Source: an uncultured Verrucomicrobiota bacterium (GTDB lineage Bacteria; Verrucomicrobiota; Kiritimatiellia; CAIKKV01; CAITUY01). From it: 51,501 bases of DNA. Numbering within the stretch: position 1 is the stretch's first letter; every line of letters begins with the position of its first letter. Positions 20,901-29,904 of the stretch are shown here, piece by piece. A program made the position numbers and the translations under genes. The notes below the pieces were generated by a model. It was not told where the DNA came from. It worked only from the letters and a program-made list of their open reading frames with translations, and made no database searches. Where the stretch lies: contig CAZOZF010000005.1 in the NCBI GenBank assembly GCA_964584205.1, positions 1 through 51,501 of the forward strand. The letters are read 5' to 3'.

Positions 20901-21188
20901 TTTGTGATGCGCGTGGGCAGCACGGAGCAACGCCTCGCAGGGCCGGAACTGGCGCGGGGAAAATGGACCGACCTGATGGTGGTCTTGCGCGAGGGGCATG
21001 CCACCCTGGTTGTGGATGGCAAGGTGGTGGCCGAAACCAACGCCTTGAAGCTCCACCTGGAGGATATTGCAGCAACGGAATGCACGCTCGGGCGGGGGAG
21101 GAATGGCGCATATTTCAAGGGGATGATTGATAGTTTCGTACTCCGTTTGGTAGGAGGCGAGATAGCATTGCCGCGGCAGGTTCTTTGA
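17991..21188 (+). CDS. Svx/AvrXca-like (DUF6055-type) HEXXH metallopeptidase with hexapeptide-repeat domain and two LamG-like domains
   Basis: HELVH at 19158-19172 followed by YWEVHANF, PQQLGYN, DWRAGFV, RHVNGGGFVAASAKVDATAYVGP and hexapeptide repeats. LamG-like ends (FKGELVAVRLH, YFKGMIDSF). True start may be slightly downstream. Confidence 0.7.
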   Translation: MFFRSSRKNGQCFDTARTPFLMAGMILLAHAGVAMDKEISLVTRQPIGELAVAGRLSVDLHAEFMVSRSYGTETVLNWYNCGYSGGGGKDGKVTTVGGDFGDFGFQVPYADRERRYPRAVTIDNVRAVHFDGNNFLKGNFPAESKIAGAQGLALEVWFRSGTPAKGDVVLGWQSRDGKETSASLAFPVGFTGSGMWRHFLVNCTPETEDWYLDGMKISSGKRSLLIREGHIMVLGGASASQPSFKGELVAVRLHDETMTGEEIAHNFAGGVMLGTAMQNWWRTEPDKWYVVESEHFRHAVDREDMKKWDARGLKEFTERVPGMFRMAELIYHIYSERLAMRSSVVSRMPEHRGDGIKYKTPIQPTPGNSVMGCDDDFGWACQFAGFINPHELVHGWDAQTGGMAGNYWEVHANFPQTFAGIYQQTPVSTVWTSHLFPANGRTYYGDQSLFQHLAQTPEYGPMFIAKLWYDGPTKKGENPYPWITFNRVNPYPGRTLAVEHARMAMRNVTWDYVTYAEARDGLGGNTPFGNDGVVSGENIFRREWNQPNDRNNRHGRAILEKIPYASEWWRVPKSQAPQQLGYNICPLKFKPGRVSATLAGYVDENRGGDWRAGFVGVDRDGKPVYGNVFAPGTVQDFDVTDAIRELYLVVSAVPRKIVDIDMCGDFRSFAQEPFPYKVKLQGCEPLDVLVPERPDVPGKRHVNGGGFVAASAKVDATAYVGPKAQVLGNAVVTGKARIEDFAVVRDNARVSDSAIVSGHALVMESATVSGNAKIRDYAKVKNRTAVSGMARVLEHATIDTDKACTDWVTVKGSPYVYGGRLSGTTMIDGFYAKGQDNAKGKWFTWSWGSGKNPGESDEDFGGLYAAYDFDSPHGWMAIDSFGATWGYLVNGAKVEIIKGRKGEVPVEIGVLSLNGRDQFVELPKDVADLRDATIKARVLWQGGANERIFEFSNDRRDLAYLTPSANRRCEFVMRVGSTEQRLAGPELARGKWTDLMVVLREGHATLVVDGKVVAETNALKLHLEDIAATECTLGRGRNGAYFKGMIDSFVLRLVGGEIALPRQVL

Positions 21189-21276
21189 AGAGCAATGTGT
21201 TCACTACTATTGGGTGACCTTTAGCGGCGGACGACATCACTTAAAAAAAGTCGCATAAAAAAAGTTGATCATAATA

Positions 21277-21305
21277 TTGACGACAACCAGATTTGGTATT
21301 ATAGT
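21277..21305 (+). promoter_or_regulatory. Sigma70-type promoter with a palindromic operator in the spacer
   Basis: TTGACG-17 bp-TATAGT, A-tracts upstream, ACCAGATTTGGT at 21286-21297. Confidence 0.75.
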
Positions 21306-21374
21306 GTTAAATACAGAAATCAAATATTGGTTTCAGCTAGCGATTTGTCGGTAAAATCAACTCGTGATGGGGGC

Positions 21375-24300
21375 ATGAAAATGAAAAAGGCAAAATTGTT
21401 AAGTCGCAGCTTGGTTTCCTTGGTTGGTGTAGCGGTATGGATGGCGCTGACAGGACCGGTGCAGGCGGTGAACTACACCAACATAGCGTCGGGGAACTGG
21501 GATTCGACGTCGGTGTGGTCAAACGGTGTGGTTGCTGTTCCGGGGGCCACGAATAGCGTCTACTTCTGGAATCCCAATCCGAGCTACAGCACCAATAACC
21601 AGTCCGGATCGTTCGTGCTCAACAAGTTACAGTTCGCGAGCAATAGCGTGACGTTTTCCGGAAACGATCTGCTGTTCACGAACAACGGCGCCACCATGCC
21701 CATGCTGTTCAAGGACGTCGCCTTTGCCATGACAAATAATGTGAACATGACGGCGGCAACAAATATGACAGTCTACGTGAATAACACGGTTGGCTCCGTC
21801 TTCATGAATGGCGCTGTGACGAGCTCATGTACATTGACCAAGACTGGGAACGGGGCAGTGTCTTTCGACAATGACAATGGATCCTCGTTCAGCGGAGTGC
21901 TTTCGATTATGAATGGTACGGTGCAAAGTATGCTCTCGGGCGCTTTGTCCGCCAAGCCCTTCGGTGCGGGCAGCATATCGCTTTACGGATGGGGGTCGGC
22001 CACGGTGACGCAACCCATGCTCTCACTCGTTCCCTCCCAGTCGGGGACTACGACATTGGCGGGTGGAACGACTCCGGGCAGCAAGCTCAGTTTCGAAGGT
22101 CTGACGTTCATCAATCTGACGACGAACGGGGCGGGGAGCCCCCTGACATTTACTTTTGGCCCAGGCAGTGGATCTGTCTTGAATCGCGTCAACCGCGGTG
22201 TTCTGGTATTCTCGGACCAGAATTCGGCAGACAACTTTCCCAACGTCACCGTCAATATGGGCGTGTCGAGCGGCAATAATTTCCTCATCAGCGGTGATGC
22301 GCCGGAAGTGAATAACGGAATGATTGAGCCCTACATGTTGGCCGCACGGCCGGGAGGACAAGGGAACGGAAGTTTTATGACCTATGATCCAAGTTATGGA
22401 TTTAAGGCTGTGACGACATACGACCTTACGAATACTTTTGACGGCTCAACAAGCGCCAAAAAAGTGATGATAACCGTTGCTACGAATCTTGCAGGGGCCG
22501 CTTCAGCTTACGCGGTGGCATTGTATGAAGGCCTGACATTGAACGGCACCCTGACCATCGGTGACGGAACGCACGTCGCAGGATTGGTGTTCAATGGGCC
22601 TGGCGGCGTGAGATCCATTTCCGGCAGCGGGACGCTGAATTTCGGTAACTCGGAGGGTGTTATCTACGTCAACAACTACAACAACATCATCGGAGTGCCC
22701 ATTACTGGTGCCAGCGGCATCACCAAGGCGCAAGGCAGGATTGTAAATGGCGCACTCATCCTGACGAACGATAGTCCCAACCTTATCGGGACAAGTACTG
22801 TCACCGACGGAACCCTTCAATTTGGCAATGGCGGGACCAAGGGGTCCATCGGTGGCAACTTAACTTTTCATCCGTCTGCCACATTGGCATACAGTCGGAC
22901 AGATACCAATTCACCGATCGGGGGGAAAATTATTCCCAATGGATGTAACATCAGCGTTAACTCCGGTACGCTGATCCTCAACTCCTCCAACCTGCCCGCT
23001 GACTCGTCGAACACCTTCGGCACGGCAACAGCGACTTATGGATTGGTTCTGAACGGTGCCGCGACATCAACGAATGTATTTAGTCTCATCAAGCCGAATT
23101 ACGCCACGGGGTCGCTGACCGTGAAGTCGGGTGTTAATATCGTCACGACGGCTAACTGGGCATTCGACCCCGCGGCCGGTACCAGTAGCGCAATGTACCT
23201 GACTGGCGGCGAATTGAATTCTTCCGGTTGGTTCATCCTGCCATACTCGTCCGGTGCGTCCTACTATATTGGGTTGACCGGAGGCACATTGAAGCCTGGT
23301 TCACTAAGTCTTGGGCGCACCGGCATAGGCCTGATCGATGTGTATAGTGGCGCCTTGGCGACAACGACCATTAATGTCCCACACGGTACATCCGGTAACA
23401 CAAGCGTATGGTATCAGGTTGGCGGGACGGTTTCCGGGACCTCTTTGGGGATCGGTGCGCAAGGAAATTACCCCAGCGGCCGGGGAGAACTCACTCTGGC
23501 GGGAGGGACGATGAGCGTCGGTACCGCAAACCTGTCCTATTGTACGAATGGCATCGGCGTGGCTAACCTGAACGGCGGCGTGCTTACCGCAGGTTGGGTT
23601 GGCCCTTTTGCTGGGGCGGGGAGCGCCAGTACGGGCCTCCTGAACTTCAATGGCGGAACTTTGCGGGCCGGTAAGGCCAACACCCCCTTCATTACCGGCC
23701 TGAGTGGTATATACGTTTATACCAATGGCGCCACGATTGATGACGGCGGATTTGCAGTCACTATCCCACAGGCATTGCAGGCGCCGACTGGCAAAGGGGT
23801 GATAGCGCTTCCGTGGGGCGGAACGTTAACAGGCTATAACGGAGCTCCCTATGTGTGGATCTCCGGAGGTAGTGGAACTGGCGCGACGGCTGTGGCGTTA
23901 TTCGACTACACTACCGGAAGTGTGACTGGGCTTGTTGTTACCTGCTCTGGGTGTGGTTTCAATGACAATGATATCGTAAATGTTACGCTGGTGGCTGGTG
24001 GCAAAGCCAACAACAGCCTTGGTACGGCCACCGTCGGCCCCATTTCCAGCGGTGGGTTGACCAAGTCGGGAGCCGGGACGCTGACCTTGAGCGGCACGAA
24101 CACATACACGGGTGTGACGACGGTCAGCAACGGGAAGCTAGTGATTTCGAGCACAAACGCACTGGCCTCATCGAGTGGGATAAATCTAACTGGCGGGACG
24201 CTGGTGGCAACAAATGTGCCCGGAGTCTTCCGTATTCCTTCGAGCAGCACAGTCAGCGTCGGGGCGAACAGCTCGTTCCTGGTGACAAACCTCTTGGTGG

Positions 24301-24683
24301 ATGCCGGGGCGACGATCTCACCCGGCGGGCCGGCGGCGATCGCGACCAACACGTTTGGGGTGAATTCGACTCACAAGCTGTCTATCTACGGGACGTACGA
24401 AGTGAACCTATCGAACGACGGGTCAGGCAGTTGCGACCGTATACAGGCAACGGGGGACCTGGACCTGAACGGCATGATGATCAGCTTGCCGGGTACCGTT
24501 GTTTACGATCAGGGGGTGGATTACGTGATTGCGACTTGCAGCAATACGCTCACGCAGACGGGGATAAGCATCAAGGAGCCGGCGCAGCAGGGGAAGTGGG
24601 TGCTTCGATATAATACTCTTACCACGCCTAAACAGGTCATCCTACGACGTGCGTCAGCCGGTGCGATGTTGATCGTGTACTAA
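21375..24683 (+). CDS. Large secreted beta-strand-repeat protein with passenger-associated (PATR-type) repeats; no beta-barrel
   Basis: Signal peptide, G/T/S/N-rich, LTKTGNGAV and GGLTKSGAGTLTLSGTNTYTGVTTVSNGKL repeats. Ends SAGAMLIVY. Confidence 0.85.
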   Translation: MKMKKAKLLSRSLVSLVGVAVWMALTGPVQAVNYTNIASGNWDSTSVWSNGVVAVPGATNSVYFWNPNPSYSTNNQSGSFVLNKLQFASNSVTFSGNDLLFTNNGATMPMLFKDVAFAMTNNVNMTAATNMTVYVNNTVGSVFMNGAVTSSCTLTKTGNGAVSFDNDNGSSFSGVLSIMNGTVQSMLSGALSAKPFGAGSISLYGWGSATVTQPMLSLVPSQSGTTTLAGGTTPGSKLSFEGLTFINLTTNGAGSPLTFTFGPGSGSVLNRVNRGVLVFSDQNSADNFPNVTVNMGVSSGNNFLISGDAPEVNNGMIEPYMLAARPGGQGNGSFMTYDPSYGFKAVTTYDLTNTFDGSTSAKKVMITVATNLAGAASAYAVALYEGLTLNGTLTIGDGTHVAGLVFNGPGGVRSISGSGTLNFGNSEGVIYVNNYNNIIGVPITGASGITKAQGRIVNGALILTNDSPNLIGTSTVTDGTLQFGNGGTKGSIGGNLTFHPSATLAYSRTDTNSPIGGKIIPNGCNISVNSGTLILNSSNLPADSSNTFGTATATYGLVLNGAATSTNVFSLIKPNYATGSLTVKSGVNIVTTANWAFDPAAGTSSAMYLTGGELNSSGWFILPYSSGASYYIGLTGGTLKPGSLSLGRTGIGLIDVYSGALATTTINVPHGTSGNTSVWYQVGGTVSGTSLGIGAQGNYPSGRGELTLAGGTMSVGTANLSYCTNGIGVANLNGGVLTAGWVGPFAGAGSASTGLLNFNGGTLRAGKANTPFITGLSGIYVYTNGATIDDGGFAVTIPQALQAPTGKGVIALPWGGTLTGYNGAPYVWISGGSGTGATAVALFDYTTGSVTGLVVTCSGCGFNDNDIVNVTLVAGGKANNSLGTATVGPISSGGLTKSGAGTLTLSGTNTYTGVTTVSNGKLVISSTNALASSSGINLTGGTLVATNVPGVFRIPSSSTVSVGANSSFLVTNLLVDAGATISPGGPAAIATNTFGVNSTHKLSIYGTYEVNLSNDGSGSCDRIQATGDLDLNGMMISLPGTVVYDQGVDYVIATCSNTLTQTGISIKEPAQQGKWVLRYNTLTTPKQVILRRASAGAMLIVY

Positions 24684-24728
24684 ACCCGTCCTGATTGTTC
24701 ATTCAGCGACTTTCGTGGGGGGGTGGTA

Positions 24729-26834
24729 ATGAAACTTAAACTGGTAAAATATCTCGCGGGTCTGATTGCGGCAGCGGTCTTGATGCCGGCCTGGGCGGTG
24801 GTGACTCCACCGGTCTATGAGGGATTCGAGACGAATGCGGCAGGGACGACACTATCGAGCATGACCAACCAGGGTTGGTCGGCCTCGGATGTGGACGTGG
24901 TGGTGATCGCCTCGAACTCGATGGGCGCAGCGGTGGCGGGGGGGACGAATGCGGTGGCCATCCCGCTGGGTGCGGTGGTTTCGAACCTGATGACCTCCGC
25001 CAGCCCCTCGGTGATCTGGGTGGATTTCCAGAAACGACAGTCGGTAATCCAGGCGGTGGATGAAACCGCTCTTCAGGTTGACAGCAATGCGGCGGTCCAG
25101 GTGTGCCTGAACACCAACCGGTCGGTGTGGTTGTATGACAAGGGTATCCCAGGGTGGACGAACCTGGTGACCGACTACTGGGGGACGAATGTATCCGCCT
25201 TCAGTACCAGTGACTGGACGCGGGTCTCGATATGCGAGAACTTCTCAACCAACAAGGCGGCCCTTTTCCTGGACGGCCACCTGATCCGGGATCAGATTCC
25301 GTTCATCACGAACCGCTCGTCCTTTGCCGGGTTCCGCTACGAGAATGGCGCCAGCGGGACGAACTATCTGGACGAGGTGCGGGTGTGGACCAACGTTCCG
25401 ACTGGTCTCTCGGAAGATCTCGACAGCGACCTGGTGGCGGATGCCCAGGAACTCCAGACGTATGGTAATATCTCAACGTGGCATCGTTGGACCAATACCG
25501 TTGCCACGACCGGTTCTGGTAGTGGTACGGTGACGCCTCCGTCCGGAACGACAACGACGGTGACGAACGGGGCTACGCTTTCCTACACCTTCACGGCGGC
25601 GGCGGGGAGCGGGATCAGTACGGTCAGGACGAACGGTGGGGCCTATACCTACAGCGGTGACGCCAAGACCGGCGCCTGCTCATGGGTGATATCGACGGAC
25701 GGCACCTTTACCGTTGTTTTTGATACGAAGACCAACTGGGCGGTTCCTTCCGATCTGGCGACGATCACCGGGGCGGTAGCCAATGCCCAGGCTGGCGACA
25801 CGATTGTGATCTCCAACGGCATGTCGGCCACGGATGTAACGCTGGACAAGCGATTGACGCTGGCCGGCACGAATGTGTCGATCACAGGAACATTGACGCT
25901 CGGCGAGGGAATCACCAACACGTTGAGCGCTTTTTCCAATCTGACCGTGTCCGTTGGACACGTTGGGACCAATGCCAGCCTGATAGTAAGCAATTCGTCA
26001 GTTGCCTTCACCTCGCTGGCAATCAGTTCCGGTGCTGTCGTACGGGTGATCAACGGTACGGTTACTGACAATGGTATTACATTGAGCGGAACCTTCACGC
26101 TGGATTCGACCTGGGGGCAAGGGTTGACACCGGTCGCGCTGAACTTTCTGGATACGTTTGAAGTCTATGGGGCGGGAACACGTGTGAGTGCGCTTGGAGC
26201 CTTTGGGTGGGGTGCTTCGTCGACGGGGGTTGTGGTTCAGGGAACAACTAAGTACGCGGGGAGTGGGGCGATGCAGGTCCCAACGGTAGCGGTGGTGTCC
26301 AACGCCATAGCCTCCAAGGCGGGTGAGACGAATATCTGGACCGATCTCTGGCTCAACGAGAGCAGTCATGTGGGGGATTTCCTGGCTGAGTCCATTGATA
26401 CCAATGCGTCGGTGCAGGTGTGTCTGACCACCAACAAGTTTCTGGCGGTCTATTATAACGAGGCTTGGCATATCTGCTCCAATGATGTGAGGAACATGAG
26501 TGTTGCGGGGGTCTACTCAAGTGGATGGGCCCGGGTGACCATCAACCAGAATTATGGAACCGGGAAAAGCGCGATTTTCCTGAATGGACGGTTATTGAGA
26601 CAGAACGTGCCGTTCATCAAATCGAGCCTGACCAAGTGCGCGGGACTGAAAGTGGTCGGAGGCGCGGAATCGGCGACGTATCTGGACAATGTCAGTCAGG
26701 CCACCAATGTTCCGGCGGAACTTAACACGCTGGCCTATGATGAGAATCTCAACGGCATTCCTGATGTGCAGGAGATCCACGGGAGTGGCGTGATCGCGCC
26801 ATATTCCGCTGGTTCGATATACTATATTCGGTAG
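24729..26834 (+). CDS. Secreted hypothetical protein with a duplicated beta-sandwich domain and DxDxDxxxDxxE-like calcium motifs
   Basis: Signal peptide. N- and C-terminal domains align (DSNAAVQVCLNTN / DTNASVQVCLTTN; ALFLDGHLIRDQIPFI / AIFLNGRLLRQNVPFI). Ends SAGSIYYIR. Confidence 0.8.
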   Translation: MKLKLVKYLAGLIAAAVLMPAWAVVTPPVYEGFETNAAGTTLSSMTNQGWSASDVDVVVIASNSMGAAVAGGTNAVAIPLGAVVSNLMTSASPSVIWVDFQKRQSVIQAVDETALQVDSNAAVQVCLNTNRSVWLYDKGIPGWTNLVTDYWGTNVSAFSTSDWTRVSICENFSTNKAALFLDGHLIRDQIPFITNRSSFAGFRYENGASGTNYLDEVRVWTNVPTGLSEDLDSDLVADAQELQTYGNISTWHRWTNTVATTGSGSGTVTPPSGTTTTVTNGATLSYTFTAAAGSGISTVRTNGGAYTYSGDAKTGACSWVISTDGTFTVVFDTKTNWAVPSDLATITGAVANAQAGDTIVISNGMSATDVTLDKRLTLAGTNVSITGTLTLGEGITNTLSAFSNLTVSVGHVGTNASLIVSNSSVAFTSLAISSGAVVRVINGTVTDNGITLSGTFTLDSTWGQGLTPVALNFLDTFEVYGAGTRVSALGAFGWGASSTGVVVQGTTKYAGSGAMQVPTVAVVSNAIASKAGETNIWTDLWLNESSHVGDFLAESIDTNASVQVCLTTNKFLAVYYNEAWHICSNDVRNMSVAGVYSSGWARVTINQNYGTGKSAIFLNGRLLRQNVPFIKSSLTKCAGLKVVGGAESATYLDNVSQATNVPAELNTLAYDENLNGIPDVQEIHGSGVIAPYSAGSIYYIR

Positions 26835-26932
26835 GATGCTGCCCTGTCGGCCAGGGTGGTGTTGGTTGGGTTATTCTGTAATAAGGTGTTCAGTATTGTT
26901 CTGGAAAAGTTTATCCCATAAATGGTGCTATT

Positions 26933-28261
26933 ATGAAATTGATCCATGCTGTTTTGTTGATGGCGCTGTCAGGGGTTGCGCTGTCCGGGCTTGGTGTCGC
27001 TGCGCCTGCTCGTCCGAACATCCTGGTGATGATCGCCGATGATCTCGGGTATGGCGACGTGAGTTGCCTGTCGCATGGTGTCGTGCAGACTCCCAATATC
27101 GATCGCCTCGCAACGATGGGCGTCAGGTTCACCGCCGGGTATGTGACGGCGCCCTTGTGCGCCCCCTCGCGCGCCGGCTTCTTCACTGGCCGCTACCAGC
27201 AGCGCTTTGCCTTCCTCAACAACGAGGGAGCCATCCCTGCGGATATTCCCTTGTTGCCGGGGGTGCTCCGGGCGGCGGGCTACTACACGGGGCTCATGGG
27301 CAAGTGGCATAGCGAGGGGCCGATGCCCTTCGAGCGCGGCTGCTTTGACGAGACACTGACTCCCCCCAAGTCCAGTCCCTGGGTCGATTATTTCAACCCG
27401 CCTATGGCCAGGAACGGCAAGGCTGAGCGGATGAAGGGCTACAGCACCGACATACTGGCGCATGAGGCCGAAGCGTTTATTGATAAGAATAAAGGCAAGC
27501 CATTTGCCTTGACTGTGACCTTCAATGCGCCGCACATCGGCCCGATCAAGGTGCCGCATGACAAGATCCGTGTGGCCTACGAGGCTGCCCGAGCCGTAGG
27601 CAAGGTCTATGACGCACCCAAGACGCCTACCGCCCGTCCCGGCGAGGCGGCGCAGTACTCCTCCCAATTCCCCGGAGACACGGCGCGGGCTGATACGGCC
27701 GCGACCATCGCCGCACTGGACGAGGCCGTGGGGCGCATCCTCGACAAGCTCCAGCAGGCTGGGGTGGCCAGCAACACCGTCGTTTTCCTGTTCGCCGACA
27801 ATGGCGGTCATCCTGAAAACCGTTCCGAAAACGGGGTCCTGCGCGACTACAAGTGGAGCCATTACGAGGGTGGCATCCGCGTGCCCTTCCTGGCCGCCTA
27901 TCCCGGAGTCTTTCCGGCGGGGGTGGAATATGCCAGGCCGGTCAGCACTCTGGACATCTATCCCACAGTGATGGCCCTGACCGGCGTGAAGCCGTCATCC
28001 GGACTGGATGGCGTCAATCTCGTTCCGTATCTGAAGGGAGAACAGGCGGGCTCACCGCACGAGTCGCTGTTCTTTCTCACCGGCGACAAGGGGGCGGTTG
28101 TCCAGGACCAATGGAAGCTGGTGGTGTTTCCCCGCGCCGCGGCCCAGTTATTCGATCTCTCGAGGGATATAGGGGAAAAGAATGATTTGGCCTCCGCCGA
28201 GCCCGCCAGGGTGCAGGCGATGAAGGCGCAATGGACCGCGTGGAAAACCCGGATGCCATAG
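26933..28261 (+). CDS. Secreted Cys-type S1 sulfatase (paralogue of 14198-15556)
   Basis: RPNILVMIADDLGYGD, CAPSR, GKWH. Near-identical to the paralogue. Confidence 0.92.
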   Translation: MKLIHAVLLMALSGVALSGLGVAAPARPNILVMIADDLGYGDVSCLSHGVVQTPNIDRLATMGVRFTAGYVTAPLCAPSRAGFFTGRYQQRFAFLNNEGAIPADIPLLPGVLRAAGYYTGLMGKWHSEGPMPFERGCFDETLTPPKSSPWVDYFNPPMARNGKAERMKGYSTDILAHEAEAFIDKNKGKPFALTVTFNAPHIGPIKVPHDKIRVAYEAARAVGKVYDAPKTPTARPGEAAQYSSQFPGDTARADTAATIAALDEAVGRILDKLQQAGVASNTVVFLFADNGGHPENRSENGVLRDYKWSHYEGGIRVPFLAAYPGVFPAGVEYARPVSTLDIYPTVMALTGVKPSSGLDGVNLVPYLKGEQAGSPHESLFFLTGDKGAVVQDQWKLVVFPRAAAQLFDLSRDIGEKNDLASAEPARVQAMKAQWTAWKTRMP

Positions 28262-28313
28262 CCGATGCTACAGGGAAATCGCCCGAAAAACAACTTTCAC
28301 AAAAGAATCAAGC

Positions 28314-29885
28314 ATGAGGAAATTTATTAGACTTGGTCTGGTAGGGTTTTTGCTTCCGGTGGTTCTTCAGGGCGCACAGACAGTTCAAACTGATGTCTGT
28401 GTTTACGGGGGGGCGTCAGGGGGCGTTGCCGCCGCCGTGCAGGCGGCGCGGCAGGGCAAGCGGGTTGCCCTTCTCGTGTTTAACAACCACCTCGGGGGAA
28501 TGAGCTCTTCGGGGCTTGGATGGACGGATATCGGGCATCTCGGAGATGCCTACATCCAGGGGTTGTCCCGTGAGTTTTATCAGCGTATCGCTAGAAAGTA
28601 TGGCACCGCTAAGATCAAGTGGGTATTCGAGCCGCATGTCGCAGAGAGTGTCTTTAATGACCTTATCAAGGAGGCGGGGGTGTCGGTGTATTTCGGGGAA
28701 CACCTGGCCCGAACCACCCTGGATGGGCGGACGATCACGCAAGTCACCATGGACAATGGCGATGTGTTCCATGCGAAGGTCTTTATTGATGCCTCCTATG
28801 AAGGTGACCTGATTAAGCAGGCAGGGGTGAGCTACACCGTGGGGCGCGAGGCCAACGCACAGTACGGCGAAACCCTCAACGGCATCCAGACCAGGACCCA
28901 CGGCAACCAGCTTCCCCACGGCATTGATCCCTATCGCGTCAAGGGCGATCCGGTGAGCGGTCTGCTTCCGGGCGTCAATGCGACGGCGGGCGGACCGGAT
29001 GGTAGCGCCGATACCAGGATCCAGGCCTACTGCTACCGGCTGTGCCTCACCGATGTCTCCTCCAACCGGGTCATGGTCGCCAAGCCCTCGGGATATAATG
29101 AGGCCGATTACGAGCTGCTATTCCGGGCCATTGAGGCCGGCCAGAAAAGCTCTTTCTTCAAGACGCAGGACCGTATGCCGAATCGAAAAACGGATTCCAA
29201 CAATGCGTCCGGAATCTCTTTCGATTTCATCGGTCATAATTACGACTATCCGGAGGCCGACTATGCGACACGCGCGCGGATCGCCAAGGCTCATGAGAAC
29301 TGGCAACGGGGCATGATCTGGACGCTGCAGAATCATCCGCGGGTACCCTCGGAGATCCGTCAAGCTTATGCGCCGTGGGGGTTGCCGGCGGATGAGTTCA
29401 CGGATAATGACCACTGGCCCTATGAGCTTTACATCCGGGAGGCGCGCCGGATGGTTTCCGACTACGTGATGACGGAGAAGAACTGCACCGGCGCCGTGGT
29501 CGCCGAGGATTCCATTGGCCTGGCGGCCTATACGATGGATTCCCACAATTGCCAGCGGATCGTGCTCAAGGGCGTCGTGAAGAACGAAGGGGACGTGCAG
29601 AAACGGCTCACGAAGCCGTTTCCCATTTCGTACCGGGCGCTGGTGCCGAAAGCAGGCGAGTGCGGCAATCTGTTGGTCCCCTGGTGCGTGTCGTCCACGC
29701 ATGTCTCATTTGCCTCTCTCCGGATGGAGCCCGTTTTCATGATCCTGGGCCAATCGGCGGGCGCGGCGGCCTGCCTCGCCATTGATGAAAAGTGTGCCGT
29801 GCAGCAGGTCCCTTATGAGAAGTTGAAGGCCCGGTTGCTCAAGGACGGCCAGCGGCTATCAGTTGACGAGGTCAAGTTGAAATAA
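28314..29885 (+). CDS. Secreted FAD-dependent oxidoreductase (FAD_oxidored family)
   Basis: DVCVYGGASGG, HLGGMSSSGL, FIDASYEGDL, LYIREARRM, SLRMEP. Signal peptide. Confidence 0.88.
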   Translation: MRKFIRLGLVGFLLPVVLQGAQTVQTDVCVYGGASGGVAAAVQAARQGKRVALLVFNNHLGGMSSSGLGWTDIGHLGDAYIQGLSREFYQRIARKYGTAKIKWVFEPHVAESVFNDLIKEAGVSVYFGEHLARTTLDGRTITQVTMDNGDVFHAKVFIDASYEGDLIKQAGVSYTVGREANAQYGETLNGIQTRTHGNQLPHGIDPYRVKGDPVSGLLPGVNATAGGPDGSADTRIQAYCYRLCLTDVSSNRVMVAKPSGYNEADYELLFRAIEAGQKSSFFKTQDRMPNRKTDSNNASGISFDFIGHNYDYPEADYATRARIAKAHENWQRGMIWTLQNHPRVPSEIRQAYAPWGLPADEFTDNDHWPYELYIREARRMVSDYVMTEKNCTGAVVAEDSIGLAAYTMDSHNCQRIVLKGVVKNEGDVQKRLTKPFPISYRALVPKAGECGNLLVPWCVSSTHVSFASLRMEPVFMILGQSAGAAACLAIDEKCAVQQVPYEKLKARLLKDGQRLSVDEVKLK

Positions 29886-29904
29886 CAGGCAAGGAAACCA
29901 AGGT

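Noticed and set aside
21375-24683. Classical type Va autotransporter
   Set aside because: Passenger-type repeats are present, but there is no C-terminal beta-barrel domain.
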